Shown: positions 40,917-54,919 of the stretch, one piece after another
How positions within the stretch are numbered: position 1 is the first letter of the stretch
Layout of the letters: the number at the start of each line of letters is the position of its first letter
Assembly: GCF_009834535.1 (NCBI RefSeq)
Contig: NC_045697.1
Coordinates: 12,154,001 to 12,218,000, forward strand
DNA: 64,000 bases
Origin: Camelus ferus
Taxonomy: Eukaryota
Reading direction: 5' to 3'
Notes under the pieces: generated by a model
The model's input: the letters and a program-made list of their open reading frames with translations, nothing else
What the model was told of the DNA's origin: nothing
Database searches by the model: none
Program-made: the position numbers and the translations under genes

Positions 40917-43900
40917 GAATGTTAATTATATTGTTTGTAATAATGTAAACTGGAAACAACCCCAAATCTTAAATTATCACATATTTACATATTAGAATAT
41001 TATAGAGCAACGAAAATGAATAAACCATCTACAGAAGTCCACGTGAATGAACTGCATAAACATAATGAGTTAAAGAAGCTAGATACAGAGAACAAATGCT
41101 ATATAACTCCATTTAAGTAAAGTTTCTGAAAATAGGCAAAAATAACTTATAGTGTTAAGAAGTTAGAAAACTATTCATCTTTAGAGGAGAGATTAATTAA
41201 GAGGGGTTATGAGGTGACTTCTCAGAGGTTCTATTTCTTGATCTGGTGGTGGTTACAAGAGTTATGTTCTTTTTTGTTCACTGAAGTATAAGTTTATGAT
41301 CTATATACTTTTCTCTATGTAGTTATGACTTTTAAAAGTTTACAAAAAGAAGAAATGAAGAGTAGTTACTGGTAATCCCGAAGGAAAGAAACAAATGCAA
41401 AAGCCAAAATCACAGTACTTGAGAACCCAAAAAGGGCTCAGCATGACTCCTCTATAAAATGCGAACTATGATACCTATACTCAAGATTACTGTGAGGATT
41501 AAAGGACAGAATATGTGTAAAGCATATATCTGGCACAAGTATTAATAGGTGTTTAATAAATGTTAGCTATTATTACTTTACTACTAATGCAGCTGCTTGG
41601 TGGTAGTGCTCAAGGATGACAAAAAAGGCTACAGAACAGAGGTGCAGGTTATGCTGGGCTTTTCCTAAACCACATTATGAATTTATAGACTTTATCCTAA
41701 GGTTAGTGGGGAACCAATGAACAATTTTACAAAGAGAGTAACATGATCACATTTGAGCTTAGGAAAATTATCCAAAGATGTAAAACTTAAAAAAAAGATG
41801 TCAAGAGAAAGAGGCTGTCAACAAATCTTGCAGAGAGGTCCAGTACAAAGAAAGAATGAAAGAACTGATTTGAAAATCAGTAAGATGTAACAACTTTTGA
41901 GAGAATAGCCTATAACTTTTTAAAGCTTACACAGCTAATAAGCGACACCTAGAATAAAAGGGACTCCAAATTCATAATTTACTGCAAAAAAATCTTAATT
42001 AAATATAATTGTGACTTTAAGCACACAAATAGCGACAGGAATTCTCCTCAACTGTTCATTAAAATTAAACTAAAAATACTTCAAAAAAAGACTCTTGGAA
42101 TCATCACAATTATTATTACTGACAACAAATTATACACATATGTGTGTATGTATATACACCTAGATATCTGTATATACATCTATGTCTCTACAGATCTCTA
42201 TCTATCCATATCTCCTAAAATTCAGATTTTCCAAGCCATAAATTAATTTGATGTGGATCTGAATAAAGACCCAAGACCAAACTGTAAGTACCAAATTATT
42301 ATGAGTGCTAACAAATATTATAACATTAATGTGAAAACATTTTTAGTAAGTTATTTTTATTTTACCAACAATCAAATGCAGTGAATGCTCTGAGACATTT
42401 TGATACATTAGCTATATTACTGTTAATTCAATGGCTCTACAAGATTAAAAACAATGTACTGCTCTTCAACATATGCAACAAATCTACTAATAAGCAGTAC
42501 CTTCTTTGATTTGTTTGATGAATATAAAATGTCAGATAGATCTGGATACAAGCAGCAATGGTTTCTTATTCGTTTTACAGCCATTCAAAAGGCAGAACAA
42601 AAAAGATGGAATGAGGAGAGAGGAGAGGAATAGTAGGAGAGTGAGAGTCTAGAACTCATTTTCTTTTTGGCTCAAATCAAACCACATACAACCAAAAAAA
42701 GTTTATATTAAGCCTAAAAGCAAGCAGTGAGATATCAATGTCACAATATTTTTCATAACTCTGGCATAAACCCACAACTATCGCAACAAAATACGTATTT
42801 ATGTTAGAACTTGGAATGGCTTGATTATTGCATTCAGACAACCAACATATAAAATGTTTTGTTCTAATACAAATTCTAATTTTAAAAATTAGTCCAGAAT
42901 CTGCAATACTATTATAAAAGAAGTCACAAAAATATGGAGATTCATTATGCTTTCTTCTTTTTTATATATTTAAAATTTCCCATAACAATTTTAAAAATTA
43001 TGTCCAAGTCTTCAAATATTCTCCTGGAAAAGCTACTTCTGATATTTCCCCAGAGAAAGAGTAATCAATATTTGCAGAGGATTGGTATAAAATAGAGAAT
43101 TTCAATAGTAAATTTACTGAACAGAATGTGGAAAGTGGAATTCCTGTGAACCTCGCCTCTTAAAAGCAAACCAACAAAAATGTCAATTGACTCTCAATTA
43201 AGTATCAGAATAAGGACTAACTCCTGAAAAGGAAAAAAAAAAAAAAATTCACAATCTGGCTTCAAGCCAATTTTTGTACTCTCATGGTGTTCGCCATATT
43301 GCAACTTTTGGGCAGGCTGTAACAATTTTCAAAAAAAACAGAATATATCAGACTTCCATGTTTTTGCCTCCAGTGCAAAAGGAAGTCATCGCTGGGTTGT
43401 GAATAGAGCAAAGGCTTCATCAAATTGTTGTCTGCAGCACAGAAGGTTAAACTAAAGAAGAATCAGAGCAGAACCATTAACAATCATTACAGTGGCCCAG
43501 GCAAAAAAGTAAAGATGATTTAGACTGGAGTGGAAATGGAGGGAAAAGGATGGATATAAGATGTATTTGGAAGTATAATAAATAATAATTGGTGAAATGC
43601 ATATAGAGATAGAGAATAAGTGAAAGAGGACTTCAAGGTGTCTGACTTGAGAAATTACATATAATGGGATGAAAAAAACTAGAGGAACAGATTTGGTATT
43701 TGGCAGAGGGAGATCAAGAATTCAGTTTTAGATATGTTTAGGATACGTGTTAAGACATACAAGTGAAGAGAGATCAAGTAAATCAAATAATGAGATAGGC
43801 TAGCAACTGGGAGGAGATAGAAAAAATGAAGGTCAGAGAAATGTTCAGGGTTTTGTTTGAAGAAGTAATCATTTTATGCTTTGGAGATCTATAACCTACA

Positions 43901-46074
43901 ATGAACCATATTCATTTATTCTACCAACTTCAACACAATTTGTGAAAAATGACTTGAAGAAGTCTGTCTAAATTACTTATTATTTATTATAAAATTATTC
44001 CATATCAAACAAAAAATATAGTCTGTCTAGGCTATATTTTCCTGACAGATAATAAGGGATAAAATTTTGGGTTAAAAAATAAAACCACACACACAATAAT
44101 AATCAAGCTCCAAAGCCACTACTGTACCTTCCAATGTTAAGAGTACAAGAATGCAGGGGTGTCACCTCATACCTGCAGAAGTAAGAGCCTCTGAGCTATG
44201 AAAGCTCAGAATTTATAGTCTGCTATGTTCCATTGTATGAATGGTTTCCTTAGAGGTCCTGCTGTACATACCCTTGCCACAACTGGCTTAAGGCAAATTA
44301 GCAAACCCTGATGTGTTGATCCCAGATATTGAGAAGCCTATATATTGACTCTGCTTCCTCAAATATAAAACTGCTCTGTGTCCCACCCTGGAGAGTGGTC
44401 CCAGAATCCAATTAGGCCTCTTAAACAGAAGTCTGGAAATGATTCTCTATTCTTCTTTCTTTTTCTGTATGCCCATAGCTCATCAATGACTAAAACCTGT
44501 TGACTGTAATGCCTCATATCTTTTGAATTCTTTCCCTCCCTCTGTTTCACCCACTACTCTTATTTCAAACCCTCATTATTTCTTGGTTGGCCTATCTTGA
44601 CAACCCCCTGATTGATTTGCCTGTCCTATTCTCCTATTACTCTACTGGCAGCGTAATCTTAAAAAAATCACAAATTAGACTACGTCACTCCTAGGCTTGA
44701 AAACCAATCCTTCAATGGTTTTCCATTACCTATAAGTTACTTAATTTCCTTATGTGTAAAGCAAGGATGATGAAAATAGTTCCTACTTACGTGACTGTTG
44801 TGAAAATCGAATGGATTCTAGTGTAAGAGTTTAATGTCTAATCCACAGTAAAATAAAATAATTTAAAATAAAATAATTACTATTATATTCTGCTTCAGAG
44901 TTTCTCTATGATTCAGCTTCTATTTCTCTTTTCTCTTCTCATGTCCCATAACCATCCTTGACCATTCCTGTACCCATACAAAGAAACCTGATCACTCTCC
45001 TCCTCTATATCACAATAGTGTATACGCTTCTATTATATCATTTATCATACTTTATAGTAGGAGAGGTCTGTCTTCACTACAAGACTGTGCTTCACAAAGA
45101 CAATCTAATGCATCCAAATCCCCTAGCACAACGCCTGGCCCATAAATAATTACTGAAAAAAATTATGAGGAGAAAAGAGATGCATGAAAGGATTACAGCA
45201 GATGGCCATGCTTCCTTCAACACTGAAAATTCAATTATTCTTGATAAAAAATAAAAGAACAATTTTAGAATAGGTCTAAAGAATGAGAGGGTCAGCAAAA
45301 ATTCAGTCTGTGATGGAGATAAAAAAGATCTGTGGGTTCAGACTGAGGAGAAGAATGAAGATAGTGAGGTTAGATAAGTAAGCCAATGTGTAGTTTTAGG
45401 GAAATTTTCCCATTCATAAGTACTACCTATGCTAGAACAGAAATACTTAAAGGTCAAGAAGCAAGGCAAAGGAGAAAAATAGTACTGATTAGGCTGAATA
45501 TTGGTGTGTTACAAAAAACAAACACGTATTTTACCAGGGCACTACTTTCCTATACTCTAAATGGGTATGGGGAGCACAGGCAAAGAGAATTAAAATGAAA
45601 CAAATTGTCATCAGCTATTTTCTATTTGATCATTTGCCATTCTTAGGAAAAGTTCAAAAGAAATTGAAAGGGGATCATTTCTGGAATTGGGATAGAGGAT
45701 TAACTTTATATCCAGACTAAAACTTAACATTAGTAATCTATGCTCCACTACTCCATGTTCTTATCGCCCTCCATTCCCAATTTTACGACCAAGAAATTGC
45801 GGGGTATTATTCCCTGATTAATCCATCTCAAGGGAACCCTTAACTCTAATATATGTGCATTCAAATACAGAATTCTTTGGGTCTCTCTTATTCCAGGGCC
45901 AGGAACAAAAGGCCAAGGAAGTCTAAACCCAGAATACTTTTCCCTAGTCCCAAAATTCAAAGTTCTAAAATAAAACAGGACAGCTCTGGTACTGAAGTTT
46001 TAAATGCAACTATCTGACCACGAAGCAGGAAGGATGAGACTTGCTCATTTTTGAACTAGGTTTGACCAAAAGAG

Positions 46075-46290
46075 TAATATTGACTTAGATGTGAATTCTA
46101 TCTTCATATTTCCTAGATGGGAAGTCTTAGGCAAGTCAGCTTCTCTAAACCTTGGTTTTCTCATCTGTAAAATGAAGATAAAAATTGTACTATTTCACAT
46201 GTGAAAATTAAATGTGATTAAAACACATAAAAGCTTACCACAGTGTCTGACACATGGTAAGCACTCAAAAGATATTAGCTGTCATTATTT
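46075..46290 (+). mobile_element. MIR SINE
   Basis: cttaggcaagtcagcttctctaaaccttggttttctcatctgtaaaatg...cacatggtaagcactcaa. Confidence 0.8.
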
Positions 46291-46439
46291 CAAAGGGCAA
46301 TTCCTTAGTGTTGAAAAGTCTGCAAGACAATTTATATAGCATCAACTATGAAAAGGGCTGAAAGTGATTAATTCAAGACAATGTAATATTAAGATTAATG
46401 ACACTGCTTTTAAAAATTTATTTTTACTTCATAACAATC

Positions 46440-47500
46440 TTAAATTTACATATGGTAAGAACTTTTACTCTTCCAACTATTTGAGAGTAAACTGGCCTAC
46501 ATGATATCCCATCACCCTTTAATTCTTTAAGAAGCATTTTCTATAAGGCATTCTCTTATAAATACAAACATTAAAATCAGGAAATTAACAATGATACGTT
46601 ATGCTCACTGCTATTGGGGTGTCACTGCTCCTAGGCCCCTTCTCAGTGCACAGTATAGGGCATACGTGTATATTTTTATATTCTACATCTATGTATAATT
46701 AAAACCATGAGTTCATACCAATACCTCTTTTCCAATCCAACACTACAGAGAGCATTCTAGTTTTTTCCATTTCCATACTGGAAACTCTCTTCTCAGACAG
46801 TGAAAGGCCAGACTCCCATTATCCTTAATGTTTACTTATTTGACCAGTTTTCCTGTATTTACTAATCTCTTATTGTGGCTGCTTCCCTGTCCCCCATAGA
46901 TGCTCTCCTTATCCCTCACTGCCCCAATATCCCCACATCTTCTCCCAGGGTATAACCTCCCCACCTTGCTCAGGCCCCTATTCCTTGTGCCTGGTACTCC
47001 TCCTACAAGAATATCCTCCTCATCCTGCTTGGGCACTAACATCCCATATATCGAGCTCACCCTCCACTGGGATGCTTTCTTCCCCCATCCCTCAGGCTCT
47101 GACCTTGCACTGGGATGCTTCCATGCACGGAATCCCACCTCACCCAACCCAAGGCTCAATACACCCGAATCAGGCTACTCTCCTACAAGGATGACTTTCC
47201 GCTGCCCCACCCCTCCCCCACCCCCCACCCAAGTAGGTGTCCTCATCATCCTCTTATCCTGTACCAAGTTATCCTCCTTCAAGGATACCATACTGACCCT
47301 GCTTCAGCTCAAACACCTTATCCTAGTGTGCCCTCCGATGCAGATTGCTCCTCACGCCTCCAGCTCCATCAACTCACACAGCGACCCACCTCACCTCTTC
47401 CAGGTTCTGACATCCCACTCCTTCAAGAGGACATGGCTCCTCCTCCCACATATCCCATTCAGTGTGGATACTTACTTTTGTTTGGCTCCACCTGACGGTT
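46440..47500 (-). mobile_element. Old L1 3'UTR (L1MC-like) with a degenerate C-rich internal repeat
   Basis: ctcttctcagacagtgaaaggccagactcccattatcct motif, followed by recurring cctcaccctgctNNggctctgacatccc-like units. Confidence 0.55.
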
Positions 47501-48753
47501 TTAGTACTAAAACGTCCAGAAAGGGAAGAGGAAGAGGACAAAAAAAAATGAACTGATGACATTAAAAAAAAAAAGGATACCAGTGAATAAACTGCATAAG
47601 CACCCATAATCAGAGTTAATTAAAAGGATAATCTATTTGTCAAAGTATCTGCTTTTTCCACTTAAAGAAACAGTGCTCTCCTCTTTTAACTAATTCTTTC
47701 TAAACTTGAAAAAATCAATTGAAAATTGATGAAGGAAGTCTTCTCTCTTTTCTAGTCAAATAAAGTATCTTACATGGGCCTACAGAAAATTCAGTTCATT
47801 AAAAAAAAACCCTATTTTGATTGTTTAAAAAATATGGGTGTTCCAAACACTAGAATTAAATATTTTTTAAAACATCCAGAATAGATAAGTTTGACTTGTT
47901 TTCAGTATAATGACAGTTGTACTGCTTCCAGTACACTTATGCCCAGATACAACTCTGCAAAAATTAGCACTGATAGTTAGAGGAGTAACACCTTTTCCCT
48001 GCTTCCTGTTTCTATAAGGAAGGATGCATTATAAACACCATCTGAGCCTCTCTTCACCCCTAGGGAACTGAAGTGACTGATATGATTGGTGATTTTGTAA
48101 AGAATAACTGAGTACACCTTTGGGAGTGAGCTACCTGCAGAGAGCTCATATTCTGCTCAGCCTGCTTAGTATGCCTAGAACTGGGTGAATAAATTGGCCT
48201 ATGCCAGACCACCTGACTCTCACCAAGTTATTTCTCTAAGTTGGCCTTTATTAGTAACAAAAGTGATATCCTGCTTTGATCTTTCTCTTTGTTTTAATTT
48301 TCAAATTGTTCAGCACCCAGGCAAAAAAGAAGGGTGCAATCTGAGAGTACTTCAGCAATCCAATATCTTAATTAATATACTGAAGTGGAGACTGCTCATT
48401 TTCCCAGTTTTGACTTAAAAGGGCTGCTTCAATTTGAGCTTCTTAAACTACTACAAACAAAAACCCCCTCAAACCTGAACCAACAGCAGATGTTCAAAAT
48501 GAAAATAAGCTGACTTATCTGATCAAGCTTATTAGCCATTAAAAAACAAACTTCAAAGGCTCATAATTCCCTCCTCATAGATGCCATAATTTATATTTTC
48601 GGTCCCACTTCCTACCTCCACCCTATACTCCAATGACACTGGAGTGCTGAATATTTTCAGAATACATATGATTTAGACTTCTATACCTTTGCTTATACTA
48701 TCCCTCAGCCCACTCCTTCCACCCTACTTTCCTGTGGATCATTTAACTTAGAG

Positions 48754-48950
48754 ATCAGCACTATGGCCTGTAGGCCAAATCTGCCTATTTTTGTAAATAA
48801 TTTTTTACTGGAATACAGCCATGCGCTTTCATTTATACACTGCCTCTACACTGCAACAGCAGAGTGGAGGAGCTGCAATAGAGACCATATGGCCTACTAA
48901 GCCTAAAATATTTTCATGCAGCCCTTTACAAAAAAAGTTTGCCAATTCCT
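48754..48950. mobile_element. MER58A-like hAT MITE
   Basis: ctatggcctgtaggccaaatctgcctatttttgtaaataa...ccctttacaaaaaaagtttgcc. Confidence 0.85.
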
Positions 48951-49899
48951 GCTTTCACTCAATCCTTTGAAGCCTAGTCACTTCAGATCCTTCAAATCAA
49001 AACTAATTGCTCTCTCCCATGTCTTTCCATTATATTATGCCAACTCTAATATTTAACATCCCTGATTATTGCGAGCTCTTTAAAAGCAAAGCCTAAATCC
49101 TGTTCCTAGTGTAGGAATTAGCTTTTTTACCAAACTCCAGTTCCCACCTCGTCTAATACTTCTCATATTCTTGGGGGAAGTATCCTGGAAGAAGCTTGTG
49201 CCCTTTTCTCTACCCCTTATTCATCCTACCAAAGGAAAGAGGAATGACTAGTACTAGCAACATCCTGAGTTGTTCCTATGCGATAGATTAATGTTTTAAA
49301 GGTCATTTTTTCATGCATGCTCAAGCCTACTGCTCATGCTGCCTAGATGGTCATATCTACCAATAAGCCAACCACATGGGGTGGAGTGTCCTTGAATTTT
49401 AGAAGAGGCCTACAGCTCCAGCTGTTCTGTCTTTGGTAGGTTGATAAGTTCAGTTCAGGGTGATATTGTTTAATCTGCCATTAGTTACAAGCCAGGTTCT
49501 TTAATACAACCCTACTGTCTAAAAAGCTAGTATTTTGATCTGTGATTCCTAAGTCCATTTCTAGCTCAGAACCTAGTTAAGGAATAAATATACAATTACA
49601 CTGTAATTAACCAACACACAATAAGACTCGAGATATTTGATGACTGACAATAGTAAATTCATTGGAAAAAATCATTCTTTTAAAATGTGTAATGCACTAA
49701 TAAATGCCACACATATTCTATCTTAGTGATGAACTTAATTAGGAAAATATGTTTTGAAGGAAAAAAGTAACAAATTTAGAGTTCACATTCACTGATTTAA
49801 GACAAGCCCATCCTATTTATCTAACTTCTCTCTCAATATTTTGTTGCTATCAAGCCTCAGCTTAAATAACATATAAGTAACCATGAATATTATCAGTTC

Positions 49900-50510
49900 A
49901 AAAAAGTATTCCCCATCTTATTGGCCATCTATAAAACAAACATCCCTAGACCTCAGATCCTTCCAATTACTGCTCTATTTGTTTTTCCTCAGAATGTAAC
50001 TTCTCAAATGTGTAGTCTGCTACAAATATTTCCTCCACTTACACACATCTTACTTTTAAATCTATTATAACATAGTTTCCATCCCCATCACCCTGCTGAA
50101 ATTTATCTAGTCTAAGTCACCAAGAACCTCCATGTTGCCAAAAACAACGTACGCTTCCCTATTTAATGGTACTTGACATTTTATCAACATGTTAACAATC
50201 CCTCCTTATAGTAACACTCTTCTCTCTTAGATTTGGTCATACCACCTCTCCCAGTTTTCCTACTTAGTCAATGGCCTTACTTTTCAGTGTAGAAGTCCAG
50301 TGGTCTTACTTTGAGGCTTCTCTTCCTCCATCCAAAGGTTAATTAAGGTTCCTTAAGGCATGGTACTGAGTATTCCACTCCTCTGCAGTTATACTATGAG
50401 TTAATCTATACTGTATACTACATTAGGTGATCTCATCCATTTCCACGGATTTAAATGTCATCTTTATACTAGTAATTCCTTAATCTATATCTTTAGTCCA
50501 GAAACCACTA
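49900..50510 (+). mobile_element. L2 body fragment
   Basis: gtcaccaagaacctccatgttgccaaa; ggtgatctcatccatttccacggatttaaatgtcatct. Confidence 0.7.
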
Positions 50511-53194
50511 CCGTATAAGTATTACAGAGCCTTTCATAAAAAACAAAAAAATAGTGAACATTTAAGGACAGGTATTAACCTAGTTTCACAGACTCCCATC
50601 TGTGAAAAGTGAAATGACTTGTGCCTAATGTTAGGATGGTAAAGGCCAAAATGGAACTGTGTTCTTTCAATTCTTAGTCTTTTTACCATGTGTCAAGACT
50701 TAGTCCCTTATCCCTAAACTGTTTACTAAATGGTTTACTATTCAAATATGAAGACTACTGGAGAAAGTTATTTTCCTCCATACACAATTTACACATATCC
50801 ATCAGAAAAGAATTGGCCAAAATGAATTAACAGAGAAAGATCTCAACCTTGTTCTTCTATAAATACTTTAGAAAAGACTCCAGGGTACAGGTGGATTTTA
50901 AAGGTGACTGAGGATTCAGGGTAGCTGTTATGATTAATAAGATACTCTAGATTTGGGGCAATGTGTACAAAACAGAAGTAAAAGCAGATGAAAATAGTTT
51001 CTAAAGAAGAAACTAGGCAAATAGGGAAAAATAAGCCTGGTAGACTATGGTTAACTAACTGAATATGGTTAGGAGCTTTTATTTGATGAAAACGGACATA
51101 TTGGGAACCACTACTGCTTTGTAAACTGCAAAATCAAAGAAGCTATTTCAAATAATGATTAAACGCAGATTATAAGCTAGACTGAAGGACAGTAAAATTA
51201 GCAATGCAGATACTGATATAAACTAGAATTTTACCTGAATCTGCCCAAGTGCTTACTACTCCATCAGAAAAACTGAATCCGAGAGATACTGTGAAGAAAG
51301 TAGTAATAACCTGGCAACAGATCAAGGTAAAGAAAAAAGAAGAAGCAAGTAAGTAGGATAGGGTTGTTGCTAATTAATGCAAAAACTATATGAAAGGAAA
51401 GGAGATGAGATATAGAAAAGTGATTCTTCATTGTAAGTTATTTTCTAGAAAACACAAAAATTCTCAAAACAAATTTTTATTTAGCTTTAATTAAGAACAA
51501 AGTGCCATTTTTCAAATACAAATATGGCATTGTTACCTTAATTAGTTTCATAATGGTAGTAGTAGGTTGGTCTGAGCCTATTTACATTCTTGTATCTATA
51601 TTCTGTGCTGAATAAAATTTTTGACATTATTACTCAATAATAGATTCAGCCCCTATGCATGCACTCTAATAAAATTAAATGAGTCCCCCAAATGAATGTG
51701 GTGCTCTAACCAAATTTTATCTCTCACCCATGAATGCTGGCCATATTACACAGACACACACCCCCCCACACCACAAAGAAGGAGTATTATCAAAACAGAA
51801 AAAGACATAGTGTCACACCCCAGTAATATATGATACCATAATTGAAAAACTGGATTTACTAATAAGGAAGAAAAAACTGCATGCATATCCAAAAATCTAC
51901 ATGCTTTTGTTGCTCCTCCCAAGACTGTGCAGTGGTATAAGAATAAAAGATCCAGGGTTGAAAGACAAGTCGGGAACATTATAGCAACTTATCATAGTAC
52001 ACAGCCAAGCAGGGAGGGGTACACATGTATAGCCAGCAAAGGGAAGTAGCATGGACAGGAAGAGACAGCACCATACAGAAAGGAGGCTAACAAGTGATAT
52101 GCTCAGACTAGACTACAGCCTGTTTCTAACATCTGCAAATACACAAAATTCATACACTGCTTGGTCCTAAGGATGGCAGAACTTCCAAGTATACAATAAT
52201 CCAAAAGTACACAGAATCTCAAATTTTACATGCAGAATTCCAATATGCCTATTTTACAGAGAAGTTTGGTTATATGTCTTAACTGCTCAACTACACAAGA
52301 TCATCACAGAATCCATTTGCCTGATGCATATTATTAGACAGTACTATGATTTACATCTTTTTAAATGGATAAAAAATTTGTCAGTGTTTGAAAAAAATGG
52401 ATGTTCAACCAAATATCTGGGGTAGTTGACCTGTAGTTGACTCATCCATCACAGTTTTCATCAAATCCAGATTTCTAAGCAAATCTACTCTTCTAGGGTT
52501 TACACGGCAATAGTGACAAGATGAGGTGGAAGTTAGTCGGGGAAATAAAGAGGGTAGGAGGCAAGCAGCATCCAGAAAGAAGGGTCAAGTTGATCATCTA
52601 GAACTTTATTTACCTGAACTACCCCAACTTCAAGTGTTACAGCTCTATGAAGTGCTCCCATAACTTCTTCACAGGTTAAAAAGAGAGGAAGAGAATACCC
52701 TCTGATACTGATAATGCTGATGATAAATGCAGCAGGTAGCTGGAAGAAAGTTCACTCTAAATCCTTGCAGAATGCAGAGCTCTAAGACAGTCATGTGATT
52801 TGTCAGGAAGAGGGCAGAGTAGGTACCAACAAAAAGCAGCTTTAGGATGATCTAGTATGATACAGATTTTGTTAATGATTTTAAATTAATTTCTTGTATT
52901 CGGTTACTACTAAGCCAAAACATTCCTAAAATACAAAATGGCATCAAATGTCTTTTGTTCTCCTCATATGTAAAAAAAGCCAAGATTAGGTTAAGTGATT
53001 ATACTTGATTCTTAAGCTCTATGACCCTGTGGCTCAAGAATATACTAAAATATAGATCTTTCCAGCCCTTACCGTCTTTTCCTCTAACATGCCTCATGAT
53101 CTTTTCATTGTTCAAAAGCATTCCCACCAGAAAGACTGTATTGGCCAAAAAAAAAAAAAAAAGCTTAAAGCTGCTAACAACCTGCGTAAAACAA

Positions 53195-53445
53195 TCATAA
53201 TAACAATAGCTAACATTTGGAATGCTTTCTATACGGCAGACACATGTTAACAAACATCAACACAATTTTCAGTCTCATTATCTTCAATTTACAGAAAAGA
53301 AACTGAAGTACAGAGAGGATAAGTAAAGTGTCCACACAGGTCGGCAGTAACAGCTCAGATTCAAACACAGGTAGTCTAGCTCCAGAGCCTATGGTCTTTT
53401 TTTTTTTTTTTCCCCTAGAGCCTATGTTCTTATTCACTGTATTGT
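53195..53445 (-). mobile_element. MIR SINE containing a small poly(A) insertion
   Basis: aatagctaacattt...tttacagaaaagaaactgaagtacagagagg...gattcaaacacaggtagtct. Confidence 0.75.
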
Positions 53446-53532
53446 ATTATTCAAATAAAAGATCTGGGGAAAGCTATAGGTTTGGTTAGTATCAACAGAT
53501 TTGAAATAAGTGGTACCATCAAGAGTTGGCTG

Positions 53533-54470
53533 AAAACCCAATCCAAAACTGAGCAGAAGACCTAAACAAGAAATTCTCCAAGGAAGAAATACAAATTATC
53601 AATAGGCACATGAAGAAAATCTCAGTATCACTAATTATCAGAGAAATGCAAATCAAAACTACAATGAGGTATCACCTCACACCAGCTGGAATGGCCATCA
53701 TTCAAAAGCCCACAAATGGCAAATGCTAGAAAGGCTGTTGGAGAAAAGGGAACCCTCCTACACTGCTGGTGGGAATGCAGTTTGGTGCAGCCACTGTGGA
53801 AAACAGTATGGAGATAACTCAAAAGACTAGGAATAGACTTATCATATGACCCAGGAATCCCCCTCCTGGGCATATATCCAGAAGGAACCCTACTTTAAAA
53901 AGACACCTGCACCCCAGTGTTCACAGCAGCACTATTTACAATAGCCAAGACATGGAAACAGCCTAAATGTCCATCAACAGATGACTGGATAAAGAAGAGG
54001 CGGTATATTTATACAATGGAATACTATTCAGCCATAAAAACTGACAACATAATGCCATTTGCAGCAACATGGATGTTCCTGGAGAATGTCATTCTAAGTG
54101 AAGCCAGAAAAAAGAAAGAAAAATACCATATGAGATCGCTTATATGTGGAATCCAAAAAAGGAACATAAATACAAAACAGAAACAGGTTCACAGACATAG
54201 AATACAAACTTGTGGTTGCCAGGGGGGAGGGAGGTGGGAAGGGACAGACTGGGAGTTCAAAATTTGTAGATACTGACAGGCATATGTAGAATAGATAAAC
54301 AAGATTACACTGTATAGCACAGGGAAATATATATATAAGATCTTGTGGTAGTTCACAGTGAAAAAGAATGTGACAATCAATATACGTATGATAATGTATA
54401 ACTGAAAAATTGTGCTCTACACTGGAAATTGACACAACATTGTAAACTGACTATAACTCAATTAAAAAAG
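53533..54470 (+). mobile_element. Relatively young 5'-truncated L1 3' end
   Basis: ORF2 C-terminus (FTAALFTIAKTWKQPKCPSTDDWIKK...MEYYSAIK), full 3'UTR and A-rich tail. Confidence 0.92.
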
Positions 54471-54499
54471 AAAAGCTGGATGAAGCCACCACACTACAG

Positions 54500-54772
54500 A
54501 ACTGTGCTGTCCAATGTGGTATCCACTTGCCATGAGTCTACTAAGCACCTGAAATGTAGCTAGTCCAAACTGAGATTGCTATATGCTTAAAAAAAATTGA
54601 TTTCAAAGACTTAATATTTTTAAAAGAATGTAAGCCAACTCAACAATTTTATATGGGTTAATGTTAAAATATTTTTAATATATTGGGCTAAATCAAATGT
54701 GTTTTTAAATGTGGTCACTAGTAAATTTTAAATTATATATTTGGCACCCATTATATTTTCACTGGACAACAA
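54500..54772. mobile_element. MER33-like hAT element
   Basis: ctgtgctgtccaatgtggtatccac...gaaatgtagctagtccaaactgaga...ttatattttcactggaca. Confidence 0.75.
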
Positions 54773-54919
54773 TGGTATGTTGGAAAGACGCTGGAGTTTA
54801 TAGAATCATTCTAATCAAGCCTTTTGTCATTTGACTGTTGTAACCTTAGGCAAATCAGTTACACTGATGATGAGGTTCTGTATCAGAAAAACAGAACTAA
54901 ACAACAGTCCTGAAACCTA

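Noticed and set aside
46900..47556. 218-aa + strand ORF
   Set aside because: Sits in C-rich degenerate repeat sequence, has no recognisable domain and is antisense to LCORL.
24289..54276. L1 ORF2-like ORFs as active retrotransposon genes
   Set aside because: All are short, 5'-truncated, disrupted fragments; there is no intact ORF1 or ORF2.
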